Assembly (NCBI GenBank): GCA_965248535.1
Contig: CBDFJR010000005.1
Location: forward strand, 128,001 to 192,000
Length of the DNA stretch: 64,000 nt
DNA from: Phormidesmis sp.
GTDB taxonomy: Bacteria; Cyanobacteriota; Cyanobacteriia; Leptolyngbyales; Leptolyngbyaceae
Direction: 5' to 3'
Shown here: piece after piece, positions 20,056-30,352 of the stretch
Layout of the letters: every line of letters begins with the position of its first letter
Position numbering within the stretch: position 1 is the stretch's first letter
Notes under the pieces: model-generated
The model's database searches: none
Seen by the model: only the letters and a program-made list of their open reading frames with translations
What the model was told of the DNA's origin: nothing
Made by a program: the position numbers and the translations under genes

Positions 20056-20737
20056 AATTGCGATATCATAGAAACAATGTCGTAGGGATTGATAGCCAAC
20101 TCCAGCACTTGTGCTCAGGTGAACTCGTGGAAGGCAAGGAAAAGCAGAAAATTAAGCACTACACCAGACTCCATGCAGTCATCAGGGGTCGGGTTTGCTA
20201 AAGTTGAAGTTGTCTTGACTATCCCCACCAGCTTGACTGAACGATTAAATATCCTCAAGTCAAGTCAATATTCCTCCAAACCCTAATTGACTCACGTTGA
20301 GGTATTAACGCTTGCCCTTAACCGATCTGCTCCCCTTTCAAAGTCTCGACTTAGCCTTGCAGTGCCTAGACCTAGCGTTTAGGCAAATGGGTGGTGGAGT
20401 TCGATCGGATTGCAGTGCCGACGGGTGTGAGTCAGTGCAACAATAGATGAGTTAGAAAGTCGGCGATCGCTGAAGTAGCTTCTCAGAAAAACAGCCGACT
20501 GAAAACTTCAATAAACTTTTGCGAAAAACGCGTAAAAGCTGTTTACAGTGTGGATTAGCTAGTGGTCAGTCTCTAGAGATTGCCTCACTAAAAATGCTCT
20601 CAAGATTTCAGGGTTTTGACCACCATCAAACCTTTGAAAAGCCGCCAGAGCACGGTAAGTCAACCCAGATCGAATGTAGTTTTAGTCAAAACAGAAGGCA
20701 ACTATGTGACAACCTGGATCGAACGAGGGAAGAGTGG

Positions 20738-23700
20738 ATGAACAACGCCAAAGTCAGAATTTACGAGTTATCACGAGAATTGAATTTAGACAACAGAGAT
20801 CTCCTAGCGATTTGCGAACAACTTAATATTTCAGTCAAGAGCCACAGCAGCACCATCACAGAAGACGAAGCCGAAAGGATTCGTGCTGCGGCAGCAAAAT
20901 ATACGGCTAGTCACCCACCTTCTGCGAAGTCGAACCCAACTCGTCAACCAGCCAATTCACAACCTGCTGAGATTAGAAAGAAAACGCCCTTGAATATTCA
21001 GAAGAAACAGCAAATTTTAGAAATTCGCAGACCCATCACGCGCTCTGCATCTGAGCAGCAGCCCGAACTCAAGGCTCCCCCTACGCCCCAGCAAGCTCCC
21101 GCGAAGCCGATCGAGTCAAACCGCCCAGTCGCCCGCCCTGACTTAGAACCAGAGTCAACGCCAGAAATTGCTGATGCTGACGTGACCCCCATTGAGTCGG
21201 TGGTTGACCCCATTGCGCCCGCTATTCCAGAGGTTCCTGTAGAAACGCCGTTGCCCGAACCTCCGGCAGTTACTCAAAAGCCTGGACTCTCGATCGCGGT
21301 CGAAATTGTAGAAGACAAGCCTCTGTCTCAGCCTCCTGCAAGACCTGCGGCAGTCTCTTCTCGCCCTTCAACGACTTCTAAACCCGTTCTCAAACGTGAC
21401 AAGTCTGCCCCCAGCGCTACAGAAGCGCCTCGTCGAGAGCCTGGGGTGGCTCCTCAGCGAGAAGGCAGCCGACCTCAAGCAGGCGCTCCAGGGGAAGGGG
21501 TGCGTCGCCCTGCTCCGGGCAGCCGACCGACCGAAGAGCGCCCGACTCCTCGCCCGCAGACGATCGTTGAATTGCGTCGTCCCAAGCCTGTTCAATCCCC
21601 TCAAGACTTTGCGGTGGCGGGCGACGGCGTGGCCGCAGGACAGCCCGTTCTGCGGATCAATCGCCCCAATCGGCCTGCGGTTGATGCCCCCGTTGCACCC
21701 GGGCCGATCGACCTGCAACTCAACAAGCCAACTCCGCCAAAACCCAAGCGCGCCAAAGGCTGGGATGATGACGAAGAGGAAGTGCAGGAGTTTCCGTCTG
21801 ATAAAGCGAAGCTGGCTGCCAAAGGCAAACGACGAGTTCAGCCCAAGATTGATGAAGATGATGACGACGACCTAGATAACCTGTCGGGCGGCGGAATTGT
21901 CGATGCTGCTCAGATGAGCATTTCTCTGGCGCGCCCTGCCAAACCCAAAGGGTTACCGGGTCAGATCAGAGTGGTTGTAGCTCCTACGCCTGCCGCTCCG
22001 CAGCGCAAGAAGTCTGGCGGCACCCGCGATCGTCGCGATCGTCGTGATCAAGAGGTCAAGACCGAGCGCCCCGAGACGATCACGCTTACAGGGGGCTTGA
22101 CCGTGCAAGATCTAGCCCAGAGATTAGCAGTTCCGGCGACTGAGGTGATTACTAAGCTGTTCATGAAGGGCATCGCAGCCACGATCACCCAAACCCTAGA
22201 CATCGGCACCGCAACGATGGTTGCCGAGGAATACAACATTGAGGTCGAGGCGGGCGAAAAAGAAGAAGCCGCTCGTAAAGTGACTGAAATGGTGGGCATT
22301 GAGGATCTAGAGCACCTGATTCGTCGTCCTCCTGTTGTGACGATCATGGGTCACGTTGACCACGGTAAGACCACCCTGCTTGACTCGATTCGCAAGACAA
22401 AAGTCGCCCAGGGAGAAGCAGGTGGAATCACCCAGCACATCGGGGCTTACCACGTTGACGTAGAGCACAACGGGCAAGAACAGCAGGTCGTCTTCTTAGA
22501 CACGCCGGGTCACGAAGCCTTTACTGCCATGCGAGCGCGTGGCGCACGGGTGACTGACATTGCCATCTTGGTGGTAGCAGCCGATGATGGTGTGCAGCCC
22601 CAGACCATTGAGGCCATTAGCCACGCTAAGGCAGCCGGGGTGCCGATCGTGGTGGCGATTAACAAAGTAGACAAAGAAGGAGCACAGCCCGATCGCGTCA
22701 AGCAAGAACTCACTGAGTATGCGCTGGTGCCTGAAGAGTGGGGCGGCGACACAATTATGGTGCCCGTCAGCGCCATCAATGGAGAAAACCTGGATACGCT
22801 GCTAGAGATGATTCTCTTAGTGGCAGAAGTTGAGGATCTGTCTGCCAACCCCGATCGCTCTGCGAAAGGAACGGTCATTGAGGCCCACCTTGACAAGGCT
22901 AAGGGCCCGGTTGCAACGCTGCTGATCCAGAACGGGACGCTGCGCGTTGGCGACATCTTAGTGGCGGGATCGTCACTGGGTAAAGTGCGAGCGATGGTGG
23001 ACGATCGCAGTAAGCGGGTGCAGATCGCGTCGCCTTCTTTTGCCGTCGAAGTCTTAGGCTTAAGTGACGTTCCCTCGGCTGGAGACGAATTTGAGGTCTT
23101 CCAGGATGAACGTGAAGCGCGTGCCGTTTCTGATGCGAGAGCCGACGACCAGCGTCAATCTCGACTGTTGGCGGCGGTGTCTTCTCGTCGAGTCAGCCTC
23201 AATACGCTGTCTGCCAAGGCCCAAGAAGGCGACCTCAAAGAGCTAAATCTGGTGATCAAAGCAGACGTTCAGGGGTCGCTCGAAGCCATTCTCGGTTCCT
23301 TGAGTCAACTGCCTCAAAACGAGGTGCAGGTGCGAGTGCTATTTGCAGCTCCGGGTGAAATTTCTGAAACCGATGTTGACCTCGCAGCAGCGAGTGACGC
23401 GGTGATCATTGGCTTCAACACAACATTGGCTCCGGGAGCGCGACAGGCTGCCGATCGGGCTGGGGTTGATGTACGCGACTACAACATCATCTATAAACTG
23501 CTGGATGATGTTCAGGGCGCGATGGAGGGTCTGCTAGAGCCTGAAATGATTGAGGAACCCCTCGGTCAGGTGGAAGTTAGAGCGGTCTTCCCAGTGGGTC
23601 GCGGTGCGGTTGCAGGTTGCTATGTGCTCTCTGGCAAAATCGTTCGTAACTGTAAGATTCGCATTCGTCGGGGTAACACCCTGGTTCACGAGGGCAATCT

Positions 23701-23857
23701 TGACTCTCTGAAGCGGATGAAAGAAGATGCGCGAGAAGTCAATGCAGGCTACGAGTGTGGTATCGGCTTAGACAACTTCAGCGCTTGGGAAGTGAGCGAT
23801 ATCATCGAAGCTTATCGGATGGTGTCGAAGCGTCGAACGCTGTCGCCTGCTCGATAA
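20738..23857 (+). CDS. infB: Translation initiation factor IF-2
   Basis: [11 protein letters not shown]-terminus, [23 protein letters not shown] at 20738 with a purine-rich RBS. Confidence 0.97.
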   Translation: MNNAKVRIYELSRELNLDNRDLLAICEQLNISVKSHSSTITEDEAERIRAAAAKYTASHPPSAKSNPTRQPANSQPAEIRKKTPLNIQKKQQILEIRRPITRSASEQQPELKAPPTPQQAPAKPIESNRPVARPDLEPESTPEIADADVTPIESVVDPIAPAIPEVPVETPLPEPPAVTQKPGLSIAVEIVEDKPLSQPPARPAAVSSRPSTTSKPVLKRDKSAPSATEAPRREPGVAPQREGSRPQAGAPGEGVRRPAPGSRPTEERPTPRPQTIVELRRPKPVQSPQDFAVAGDGVAAGQPVLRINRPNRPAVDAPVAPGPIDLQLNKPTPPKPKRAKGWDDDEEEVQEFPSDKAKLAAKGKRRVQPKIDEDDDDDLDNLSGGGIVDAAQMSISLARPAKPKGLPGQIRVVVAPTPAAPQRKKSGGTRDRRDRRDQEVKTERPETITLTGGLTVQDLAQRLAVPATEVITKLFMKGIAATITQTLDIGTATMVAEEYNIEVEAGEKEEAARKVTEMVGIEDLEHLIRRPPVVTIMGHVDHGKTTLLDSIRKTKVAQGEAGGITQHIGAYHVDVEHNGQEQQVVFLDTPGHEAFTAMRARGARVTDIAILVVAADDGVQPQTIEAISHAKAAGVPIVVAINKVDKEGAQPDRVKQELTEYALVPEEWGGDTIMVPVSAINGENLDTLLEMILLVAEVEDLSANPDRSAKGTVIEAHLDKAKGPVATLLIQNGTLRVGDILVAGSSLGKVRAMVDDRSKRVQIASPSFAVEVLGLSDVPSAGDEFEVFQDEREARAVSDARADDQRQSRLLAAVSSRRVSLNTLSAKAQEGDLKELNLVIKADVQGSLEAILGSLSQLPQNEVQVRVLFAAPGEISETDVDLAAASDAVIIGFNTTLAPGARQAADRAGVDVRDYNIIYKLLDDVQGAMEGLLEPEMIEEPLGQVEVRAVFPVGRGAVAGCYVLSGKIVRNCKIRIRRGNTLVHEGNLDSLKRMKEDAREVNAGYECGIGLDNFSAWEVSDIIEAYRMVSKRRTLSPAR

Positions 23858-23879
23858 ATCATTCGACTGATTGAAGGTG

Positions 23880-23909
23880 AAGGGGGCATACCGATGTATG
23901 CCCCCTTTT
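23880..23909 (+). terminator. Intrinsic terminator of the infB operon
   Basis: aagggggcatac-cgat-gtatgcccccttt stem-loop followed by Ts. Confidence 0.85.
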
Positions 23910-24057
23910 AATCGGCACATGAGGGCGCAGCGGCACTCGTCGAGCCTTGGAGAGGAGAAATCAAAGAAGATTCTGGCGAAGGAGTAGCCAAACTACTTGG
24001 TAGAGGTAGGATGGTGGTTGGTATTGCTGGTTTCAATCTTAGTCTTTCGCGTTTTTC

Positions 24058-24705
24058 ATGGGAAATGATCTCAGCCACATTGTGATTAGCGATTGGCTCT
24101 ATCACCTAAGATTGCTAATTTATCTAGTCGTGATCACTTGGATAGTGGCCGTCATCAATTTTGGCCTGTTGGGGACAGCCCTCAATCTGTTTGGTTTAGC
24201 GCCCCGCACCCTAATTGGTCTACCCGGAATTTTAATCTCTCCTTTTCTCCATGCTGACTGGCAGCACCTAGAGGGAAACACCTTCTTTTATTTTATTTTT
24301 GGGGGTTTGGTGTTTCTCAGAGATGCGAGTGATTTTGGAGCGATCACAGGTGCGATCGCCGTGATTTCGGGGTCTATTCTATGGCTGATCGGCCGACCTG
24401 TCATCTATGTGGGTGCCAGTGGTGTGATTTTTGGCTATATCGGATTTTTGCTGTCGTTTGCGTATTTCGATCGCAATATCGCGTCAGTGCTCGTGCTCAT
24501 ATTGACCATCATGTTGGTCTTATTTACGCAGCGATTTGGCAACACCCTCTGGCTCTTGATGCCGATTCAAAAACATATGGCTTGGGATGGACACCTCATT
24601 GGACTGCTAGCAGGAATCTTTGTGGCGCGCCATCTACCCACCGTTAAGGACTGGTTTAGTCAGGTCATTGACGGCTTAAATCGATTGGGATCGTCCCTGC
24701 TGTAG
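24058..24705 (+). CDS. Rhomboid family intramembrane serine protease
   Basis: H..W.HL.GN, GASG (catalytic Ser), W.GHL.G (catalytic His). Confidence 0.9.
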   Translation: MGNDLSHIVISDWLYHLRLLIYLVVITWIVAVINFGLLGTALNLFGLAPRTLIGLPGILISPFLHADWQHLEGNTFFYFIFGGLVFLRDASDFGAITGAIAVISGSILWLIGRPVIYVGASGVIFGYIGFLLSFAYFDRNIASVLVLILTIMLVLFTQRFGNTLWLLMPIQKHMAWDGHLIGLLAGIFVARHLPTVKDWFSQVIDGLNRLGSSLL

Positions 24706-24727
24706 CAAGTCTCTAGAGCATTTTCCT

Positions 24728-25621
24728 TCAGTTCCACTCGCCGCTATCGAGATTCAACCCCATCCACGTCAAGCATTTCTGCATTTCTTGGTGCATGGTT
24801 TGAGAATCTGCATGGTAGCGCCGTCCGTGCCCTGGCAAAACCCACTCAAAGGAATAGTTGGCAAGTTTTTGCATCGATCGCTGCAACTCCTCCCACGAAT
24901 ACCAACAGGCTTCACGAAACCCAACCAGTTGATTTTGCCGCGCCGACCAAGCCAGATGATCCCCAGTAAACAGGAATTTTTTTTGATAGAGCAGAACGGT
25001 GTGTCCTTTAGTGTGTCCAGGGACGGGAATGATCAGCAACTCTGGCTCTATCTGCACCGGGTCTGATCCTGTGAGTTTGATTTCTACACTTTGAGTACCA
25101 AAGTTGATTTCGTCAGCGTGAAGGATGCGATCGCAGCCAAAATGATCGTGAAACTTTTGATGATCGGCTACATCATCGCGATGAGTCAAATAAAGATAGC
25201 GAAGTCCGCCCATCTCTTCTAGACATTTGACCAGAGGCGGCGCAAATCGAGGAGAATCGACCAAAATATTGCCATCAGGACGCTGAATCAAGTAGCTGGC
25301 GGCTCCGAACGAGTTTTCGGCATGATAGCCGCAGTGGTAGACATTCTCAGCGACTAAGATCGGGAAGCTTTGTTGGGCGATTTTGATGTCTTTTGGTTTG
25401 GCAACCGTGCCGATCGAGGCAGTCGGACAGGCCAATAATGCCTGCATTGCCCGCAAGCGCTCAGGTTCATTCTGCGGTTGATGAAAGACTGCCGAGCTTC
25501 CGGCGGCGCGATGAAAACTATCGGGAGCCATCCATCGGCAAGTGTCACAGTCAATGCAGGTGCGATCGACGTAAAAATCGCCCTCAGCGTTTTCGGGGCG
25601 GCGTTGGGTGAGGTGAGCCAT
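24728..25621 (-). CDS. Ferredoxin-domain / MBL-fold metallo-hydrolase
   Basis: CIDCDTC...ACP Fe-S motif, then THRDDVAD, PGHT, GDH, PGHG. Confidence 0.88.
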   Translation of the reverse strand: MAHLTQRRPENAEGDFYVDRTCIDCDTCRWMAPDSFHRAAGSSAVFHQPQNEPERLRAMQALLACPTASIGTVAKPKDIKIAQQSFPILVAENVYHCGYHAENSFGAASYLIQRPDGNILVDSPRFAPPLVKCLEEMGGLRYLYLTHRDDVADHQKFHDHFGCDRILHADEINFGTQSVEIKLTGSDPVQIEPELLIIPVPGHTKGHTVLLYQKKFLFTGDHLAWSARQNQLVGFREACWYSWEELQRSMQKLANYSFEWVLPGHGRRYHADSQTMHQEMQKCLTWMGLNLDSGEWN

Positions 25622-25700
25622 GATTGACAGGATGAGGGAGACAGAAAAATCTCATTCCCTGCTTAAATCATACTCGTTATGAATGTGAGTTAGGCTTTGA

Positions 25701-26582
25701 TTATCCGCAGGCGGCTTCGTTGGGTTTAGGCGTGGCATCGGGATAGAAGGTGACGATCGCCCGACTAGTTTTAACAAACACGGCTTTGAATGGCGGCGCT
25801 GAAGAGTCGTCTTGCACCGTATAAAGGCAAGCTTGTTTAGCATTGGTGGTGGGTTTAAAGGCTTTGAAGGCGCGAGTAGCATCGACCAAAATTTCTTGGG
25901 CATTGCTGACATAGGAATAGCCTTTTTTGGCATCTCTAGCAACGACGCGATCGCCCTGCCGAATCTCTACGCCTAGTGTATAAATTTCTCCAGCAATCAC
26001 TTCTTCGGCTTGAGAATTGTTGGGCAACCGTCCTGCAATGCCCTGATTTTGCAGTTGCAGATATCGCCCCACAAAGTGCAGACCGCCAATTTGATTGGCC
26101 CCGCGATCTTGTCCACAAAAAATATGCTCAAAGGCGCTGCGACCTGACCAAATTGTTACCAAATCATCGCGAAATTGATCGTCACCTCGCCGTCCCGAAA
26201 ACAATTCTCCCCCGACGGCTTGTTTAAGCTGCTGCACCACTTGGGGTGACTCTGACAGCAATCTTCTAATACTAATCGTGCCGACTTTGCTGCCAAAGGT
26301 GCCGCAGACATTGAGAACTTTTTGATCAAACGCATTAAGCGCAGGAGGCACTGGAGTGATATCGACTTTCTGATTTTTAGGAACACCAACCATAACTGGA
26401 TTATCCGTTTGATCAAAGAACGGAAGTAGTCCTGATTTTGCAGAATTTACAGCGCGTTTTTTTGTAGAGTAACCAGTCCGAGCTTGCAGAGATTGAGCCA
26501 AAACAGTCTGAACTAGGGGCAATGATCCCACTGTTAACATCAACAATGCGCCACACATTCCCTGCTTAATAAATCTGACCAT
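25701..26582 (-). CDS. Secreted bacterial EndoU-domain nuclease
   Basis: Signal peptide; FEHIFCG, GGLHF and downstream KKG (EndoU His-His-Lys); terminal TFYP. Confidence 0.8.
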   Translation of the reverse strand: MVRFIKQGMCGALLMLTVGSLPLVQTVLAQSLQARTGYSTKKRAVNSAKSGLLPFFDQTDNPVMVGVPKNQKVDITPVPPALNAFDQKVLNVCGTFGSKVGTISIRRLLSESPQVVQQLKQAVGGELFSGRRGDDQFRDDLVTIWSGRSAFEHIFCGQDRGANQIGGLHFVGRYLQLQNQGIAGRLPNNSQAEEVIAGEIYTLGVEIRQGDRVVARDAKKGYSYVSNAQEILVDATRAFKAFKPTTNAKQACLYTVQDDSSAPPFKAVFVKTSRAIVTFYPDATPKPNEAACG

Positions 26583-26829
26583 AGAGTTCCTCAATCGTAA
26601 ATTCTAGTCAATGATAACTTTCTCAGTAGACTTTAAAAGCACCTGCCCTGGCCCGATCGGGATCGCGAGTTGAGAGTCATAAGGAATTGTTGAAATCACC
26701 TTTATTTTTTATTTCAAGGCATGATAGAGATAGGTGCATCGCTTCAAAACACCTTCAGTTTGAAACCATCCAGTTTTCGGGGTGCCTAGCATTGAGACAT
26801 CCAATCCATTTTTCCCCTAGCAAACCTTT

Positions 26830-27057
26830 ATGCTTAAGAACATTCCTTTTGGATTAATTCTGCTGATCAGCGTGATTTATGTTGGATTCGGCGATCAGTT
26901 TTTGCCCCCTGCGATCGGGCAATATAGCGGTCAGGCCCGGCGCTCACTTGACGGCATGATGATTGGCATGTTTCCTGAGTGGCGACCCAAAACCAACCCT
27001 TACGATCGCACTCAAGACGCACTTCAACAAACTGAACAGAGCGGAAAATCTAAGTAG
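26830..27057 (+). CDS. Small hypothetical protein with an N-terminal hydrophobic helix
   Basis: 75 aa; GD.FLP and P.W.PK..PY.RT pattern resembles a cyanobacterial family. Confidence 0.7.
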   Translation: MLKNIPFGLILLISVIYVGFGDQFLPPAIGQYSGQARRSLDGMMIGMFPEWRPKTNPYDRTQDALQQTEQSGKSK

Positions 27058-27095
27058 AGTGATGAGTGCCCAATTCTAGCTGCAACTCATCACTC
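27057..27095. terminator. Stem-loop between convergent genes
   Basis: gagtgatgagt ... actcatcactc inverted repeat. Confidence 0.6.
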
Positions 27096-27103
27096 AGGAG
27101 GGT

Positions 27104-28099
27104 TTAGACCTTCTTGAGCCAGCTAAACATGGCTCGCAGATCTTTGCCGACTTCTTCGATCGGGTGTTCTGCTTCGCGGCGGCGCATGGCCGTGAAACCA
27201 GGTTTGCCAGCCTGATTTTCTAACACAAACTCACGGGCAAACTGTCCGGTTTGAATCTCGCGGAGAATCTTTCGCATCTCAGCGCGAGTCGCATCGGTGA
27301 CAATGCGAGGGCCGCGGGTCAAGTCGCCATATTCGGCGGTGTTAGAGATGCTGTCGCGCATTTTTGCTAGGCCACCTTCGACGATTAAATCGACGATCAG
27401 CTTGACTTCGTGCAGACACTCAAAATAAGCCAACTCTGGCTGATAGCCCGCTTCGGTCAAAGTTTCAAACCCGGCTTTGATCAACTCACTCAAGCCGCCG
27501 CAGAGCACGACCTGTTCGCCAAATAAGTCAGTTTCGGTTTCTTCACGGAAGGTCGTTTCAAGCACTCCTGCGCGGGTGCCACCAATGCCTCTAGCGTAAG
27601 ACATGGCCCGATCGCGGGCTTGACCTGACGCATCTTGATAGACCGCAAACAGTGCCGGAACGCCTTGACCTTGCTCATAGGTGCGTCTCACTAAGTGTCC
27701 GGGCCCTTTGGGGGCAACCATCACCACATCTACGTTGGCAGGCGGCACCACTTGAGCAAAGTGAATGTTAAAGCCGTGGGCAAAGGCCAAAACGTCCCCT
27801 TCTTTAAGGTTGGGTTCAATCTCTTGGGTGAAGACCGTTTTTTGCACTTCATCGGGGAGCAAAATCATGATGAAATCGGCTGCTTTGGCCGCGTCGGCAA
27901 CACTGTGCACCGCTAGCCCGGCCTCTTTAGCTTTGATGGCCGATTTGCTGCCCGGATATAGACCCACGATCACATTCAGCCCGCTGTCTTTGAGGTTGAG
28001 GGCGTGAGCGTGTCCTTGAGAGCCGTAGCCGATGATGGCGATCGTCTTTTCAGCTAGTAAATCTAAGTTGGCATCTGCGTCATAATACATCCGCGCCAT
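27104..28099 (-). CDS. ilvC: Ketol-acid reductoisomerase
   Basis: [35 protein letters not shown] at 28099. Confidence 0.97.
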   Translation of the reverse strand: MARMYYDADANLDLLAEKTIAIIGYGSQGHAHALNLKDSGLNVIVGLYPGSKSAIKAKEAGLAVHSVADAAKAADFIMILLPDEVQKTVFTQEIEPNLKEGDVLAFAHGFNIHFAQVVPPANVDVVMVAPKGPGHLVRRTYEQGQGVPALFAVYQDASGQARDRAMSYARGIGGTRAGVLETTFREETETDLFGEQVVLCGGLSELIKAGFETLTEAGYQPELAYFECLHEVKLIVDLIVEGGLAKMRDSISNTAEYGDLTRGPRIVTDATRAEMRKILREIQTGQFAREFVLENQAGKPGFTAMRRREAEHPIEEVGKDLRAMFSWLKKV

Positions 28100-28273
28100 G
28101 ATAGGAGTCTCCTTGCAGCCAGTCTTGTGGGGTAATCTCAGAACTCTTAAGTTTACCAGAAGAGCAGTCTGGCTCAATCGATTGGTGAAGATTTGAAACC
28201 ATTGAAGAATTCTCCCACCCTGCTTCACTCTGCTGTAGAGTGGGCATCGTAATCTCTCTGGCAAGGTTCACGA

Positions 28274-29497
28274 ATGCCTCTTCGTTTCAAAGCCGACGTT
28301 GCTCGTTTTTTGCGAGAGTACTTCATCTATCTGCTGCCTTCGGCATTCGTTATCTATCTCGTTTTAGAGTCTTATCAGATTGATTTTCGTCCCTATTACA
28401 TTGCCGGAAAAGCAATTTTATTTGGACTTGATCCCTATCTCAATCATGTGAACGAATACCCAGAATTCTACGTTCCGATCAATGCCAATGATTCTCCTTA
28501 TTCAGGATTTATTTATCCACCGTTTGCTTCTCTGCTATTTTTGCCCTTTGGTGCATTGCCCTACGTGCAAGCAAAGCTATATTACAGTATCTTCATTTTA
28601 ATTATTTTATGGTCTTTACTATTTGAGTTAGTTCGTCAAAGCCAGTTCACAATTAAAGGGGAAACGCTTTTATTTGTGATGGCAAGCTTTCCGGTTTTGG
28701 CCTCTTTTGAACGAGGGCAAATTGATATTTTAATTTGTTATTTAGCGACGCTTTCTTTTTTGATCTATCAACGTCAGCATTCAAAAGCGTTGTCTGGATT
28801 TTTATTAGCGTTAGCCTGCGGCATCAAAATATTTCCAGGCGTGATTTTGCTTTATTTCATCCTCAAAAAAGAGTTTAAGCTGGTTACTTATACCCTAGGA
28901 TTTGTGGGCGTGTTGGTTTTAGCCCCGATCGCTTATTTCGGCACCCCTGTTTACACTCACTATCTACAGGAAATTTTTCCTGATTTGTTTGGAGCATTAA
29001 CCAGCCCTGGAGCGATCAGCACTCATGGTCAAGCGGTGGTCGATCGGGTCGTTAAATCAGTAGACAGCAATGGTTTAAGGGTGACTCACGATTTTGTGCA
29101 TGGCTATCACAATCCCTTTTTGCGCGGCAATTTGCTAGGGGCAGCGATCGTGGGTCTTATCGTCTTCGCCATGCTGATGTACTATTTACGCCGCAGCCCG
29201 ATCGAGCATCAGTTTTTCTCGATTATTAACACTATTTTGGTCTTCAATCCACAGACGTGGATTATGGGACTGGTTTGGTATGTTCCCTTGTTTATCTATC
29301 TGTTTGGCAGAGCCAATTATTTAGGAAAATTCATCTTAGTTTTGCCACTTTTTGTGCCACCCTTCACGAATAGCAACGGAATGTTAGCGGTCGCGATCGC
29401 GATCATCTTTGCGATCCCCACTACAAACAAGCGATTGATCAACCGCATTCCAGAACCTAAAGCCCAGCCCTTCGCGTGTTTGATGATCAGCCTGTAA
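28274..29497 (+). CDS. GT87/DUF2029 family membrane glycosyltransferase (GT-C)
   Basis: DFRPYY, FIYPP, ERGQ.D and KIFP motifs; multiple TM helices. Confidence 0.82.
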   Translation: MPLRFKADVARFLREYFIYLLPSAFVIYLVLESYQIDFRPYYIAGKAILFGLDPYLNHVNEYPEFYVPINANDSPYSGFIYPPFASLLFLPFGALPYVQAKLYYSIFILIILWSLLFELVRQSQFTIKGETLLFVMASFPVLASFERGQIDILICYLATLSFLIYQRQHSKALSGFLLALACGIKIFPGVILLYFILKKEFKLVTYTLGFVGVLVLAPIAYFGTPVYTHYLQEIFPDLFGALTSPGAISTHGQAVVDRVVKSVDSNGLRVTHDFVHGYHNPFLRGNLLGAAIVGLIVFAMLMYYLRRSPIEHQFFSIINTILVFNPQTWIMGLVWYVPLFIYLFGRANYLGKFILVLPLFVPPFTNSNGMLAVAIAIIFAIPTTNKRLINRIPEPKAQPFACLMISL

Positions 29498-29580
29498 ATG
29501 GAGAATTGATCGAGATGTCCCCTGAAGGTGTGCCTCATGCGTCATTGAGCAGTGACACTGGCGACTATTTACTATCGCCT
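29476..29580 (+). pseudogene. Uma2 (DUF820) endonuclease N-terminal remnant
   Basis: Translates DDQPV-NGELIEMSPEGVPHA...GDYL, resembling the cyanobacterial Uma2 N-terminus (DD..VELLNGEI.EMSPEG.PH) with ELL missing; no start and no catalytic region. Confidence 0.65.
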
Positions 29581-30333
29581 TGGAAATCGCGCCTAGGGCT
29601 GCAACCGCGCCGGGGACTTGCCCCCCGGCTGACTCGGTGGCGGCAATCGAGGATCATCGCCACATCGGTCTGAAGCTGCCGCACCAAAATCACCCCGCTC
29701 ACAGGCTGACTTTTTCCGGCGATCGTTAATCTGCCCGTCCAATCCAGCTTGATACCATTCTGAATTGCCTGCCACGGCCCAGTCTGAAAGCCTTCTCCTT
29801 GCTGAAAAGCCGTTTGAGCAATCTTAGCCAAGGCATCATTGATCCCCGTTAAGGTGCCGTTTTGCAGCGCTAACTCACCCTGCGATCGCACCAGCACCGT
29901 ATAGGCTAAACTGCCGTCTCGCGCCTCAATCAGCGCCGACCCTGCCAAGGGGCTGACGGTGTAATCTTGGAGAATGGCGATTTTAAAGCGTTTGTTGGGG
30001 TCTTTATAGTCACCACTCACCGCCAGAGGGGGCGCAAGAGAAGCAGGCACGATCGGCACGATCGGCAGTGGGGAAACAGGCGTAAGCGGAACAGTGGGAA
30101 TCGCAGGCACGATCGGGGCCGAAGGCGTTGGAGAAGCCGTCCCGGTGGGGCGAACGCTAGGAGTCGCTGTGGGAACCGTTGACGGATAGGCAAGCAGGCG
30201 CGCTAGGAGTGACGATCGGAGGTTCTGCTTGGGCTACGGTGGGGTCTAGATTCCAGGCGGTTTGTCCTAGCGTAGTGAACCCAATGAAGGCAGCGCAGGC
30301 TAACCCGACTAGCCAGTTTCGATTTAATTTCAT
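29565..30333 (-). pseudogene. Frameshifted secreted Pro-rich protein
   Basis: Signal-peptide ORF 30333-30157 (MKLNRNWLVGLACAAF...) continues in the +1 frame near 30190 into ORF 29565-30110; a second apparent shift near 29650. Confidence 0.65.
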
Positions 30334-30352
30334 GGTGTGGTTTCAGTCTAAA

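Noticed and set aside
20519..20737. 73-aa N-terminal extension of IF-2
   Set aside because: TTG start, no IF-2-like sequence; the canonical N-terminus with an RBS begins at 20738.
28100..28264. N-terminal extension of ilvC
   Set aside because: A GGAG RBS precedes ATG 28099; the extension covers the divergent promoter region.
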